64,000 nt of DNA. Origin: Selaginella moellendorffii (lineage: Eukaryota; Plantae; Lycopodiophyta). Below the pieces are notes generated by a model. That model ran no database searches. It saw only the letters and a program-made list of their open reading frames with translations, and was not told where the DNA came from. Positions 62,939 to 64,000 of this stretch are shown one piece after another. Position 1 is the first letter of the stretch. Each line of letters opens with the position of its first letter. The stretch is from positions 248,001-312,000 of the forward strand of contig NW_003314350.1 of NCBI RefSeq assembly GCF_000143415.4. The letters are read 5' to 3'. The translations under genes were made by a program, and so were the position numbers.

Positions 62939-64000
62939 TGTAAACGACTAATTTTTCCATTCTACTTTAGTTGCTTAACCACACCTCCGACCACTTGGAG
63001 GAGTCTCATTCACAACCTCCATAAGTCCTATTTAGGACTTGGGACTTGCTAGTCCCAAGAATGGCATCCATGCCACTCAACATTTGCACCTGGTCCAAGT
63101 GCTCCACGTGTCTGGTCCCAAGACCGACACCCAAAGGTGCCACTGACATCTTGGCCCGTTACGCTAAGGCCATGCCCATTCACCTTTGCCGCACTAGTGG
63201 TCCAATACCACTTGCATCACAATCCCGTCTCTCCAAGACTGGGCCATCCGTCTACGAGTGGTCATCCTAGATCCACTCCTTAGCATCCTTAGGATGCCCA
63301 CAGACATGGGGAATAGCCTTCCCCAATATCCCTTTGTCAGTTCTTACCAAGTCCCTTTTCTACCTATAGCCATGTTCGCCAACACTGCCACTAGATCAAG
63401 GCCCACCGGCCCGACCACTAAGTCCCATAGTCCTCTGGGACTTCCTCACCATGTGACTGTATCCTTAGTCACTACACTAGAGGACTGTTCCTCCTCCTTT
63501 CCCCCATTTGGGATTCCGGGACAACATTTCGGAACACCGTGGGCCTACGCGAGCCCCGTGGGTACTCTCCCCACCTTTTGCCTTTAGGTGCTCTAGCCAT
63601 GGGCTTAGAGCAAGGTTCCGTTGAGCCATGCCTGGTATCCAAGTAGGTAGTGCCACCCACACTTGGACTGGGAGCATCGGCCAGTCGATTGTAAGCGACT
63701 AATTTTTCCATTCTACTTTAGTCACTTAACCACACCTCCGACCACTTGGAGGAGTCTCACTCACAACCTCCATAAGTCCTATTTTAGACTTGGGCTTGCT
63801 AGCCCTGAGAATGGCATCCCTGCCACTCAACCTATGCACTTGATCCAAGTGCTCCACGTGTCCGATCCCATGACCGACACCCCAAGGTACCACCAACGTA
63901 TCGGCCCGTTACGCTAAGGCCATGCCCAATTACCTTGGTCACACTGGTGGTCCAACACCACCTGCATTCCAATCCCGTCTCTCAAAGACTGGGTCATCCG
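62939..64000. mobile_element. LTR/TRIM-like direct repeat (copies start at 62939 and 63690, period 751 bp)
   Basis: Both copies start TGTAA(A/G)CGACTAATTTTTCC. Possible LTR end GTCACTACA at 63476 with a nearby polypyrimidine tract. The second copy is cut by the window end. Confidence 0.6.

Overview
Eukaryotic land-plant genomic DNA. The very short GT-AG introns (about 47-90 bp), extremely tight gene packing and plant gene families suggest a compact non-seed-plant genome such as a lycophyte like Selaginella; this is an inference. (1) 1-30.5 kb is a tandem array of about 8.2-kb units. Each carries an intronless 347-aa membrane-anchored MpaB/Lcp-like (DUF2236) heme oxygenase (4 intact copies) and the 5' stump of a divergently oriented methylesterase. 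Full-length units also carry an LTR-gag remnant and a Helentron-like non-autonomous element. (2) 30.6-34.1 kb is a long degenerate inverted repeat. (3) 34.2-39.2 kb is a decayed, 5'-truncated chromoviral Ty3/Gypsy element with a -1 frameshift signal. (4) 41.5-52.3 kb is an ultra-compact gene block: TBL O-acetyltransferase (internally deleted), thioredoxin-like 3-3, a divergent AP-2 alpha-adaptin with a long NPF/DLL tail, a SAM methyltransferase, a spliced membrane protein with a toxin-type HNH domain, and a matrix metalloproteinase. (5) 53-64 kb holds a tRNA-Gly pseudogene, a methylesterase/oxygenase pseudogene pair, a 100-N gap, an intronless Crinkler-type NTPase-REase gene and an LTR/TRIM-like direct repeat. 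Family assignments come from motif recognition, not database searches.
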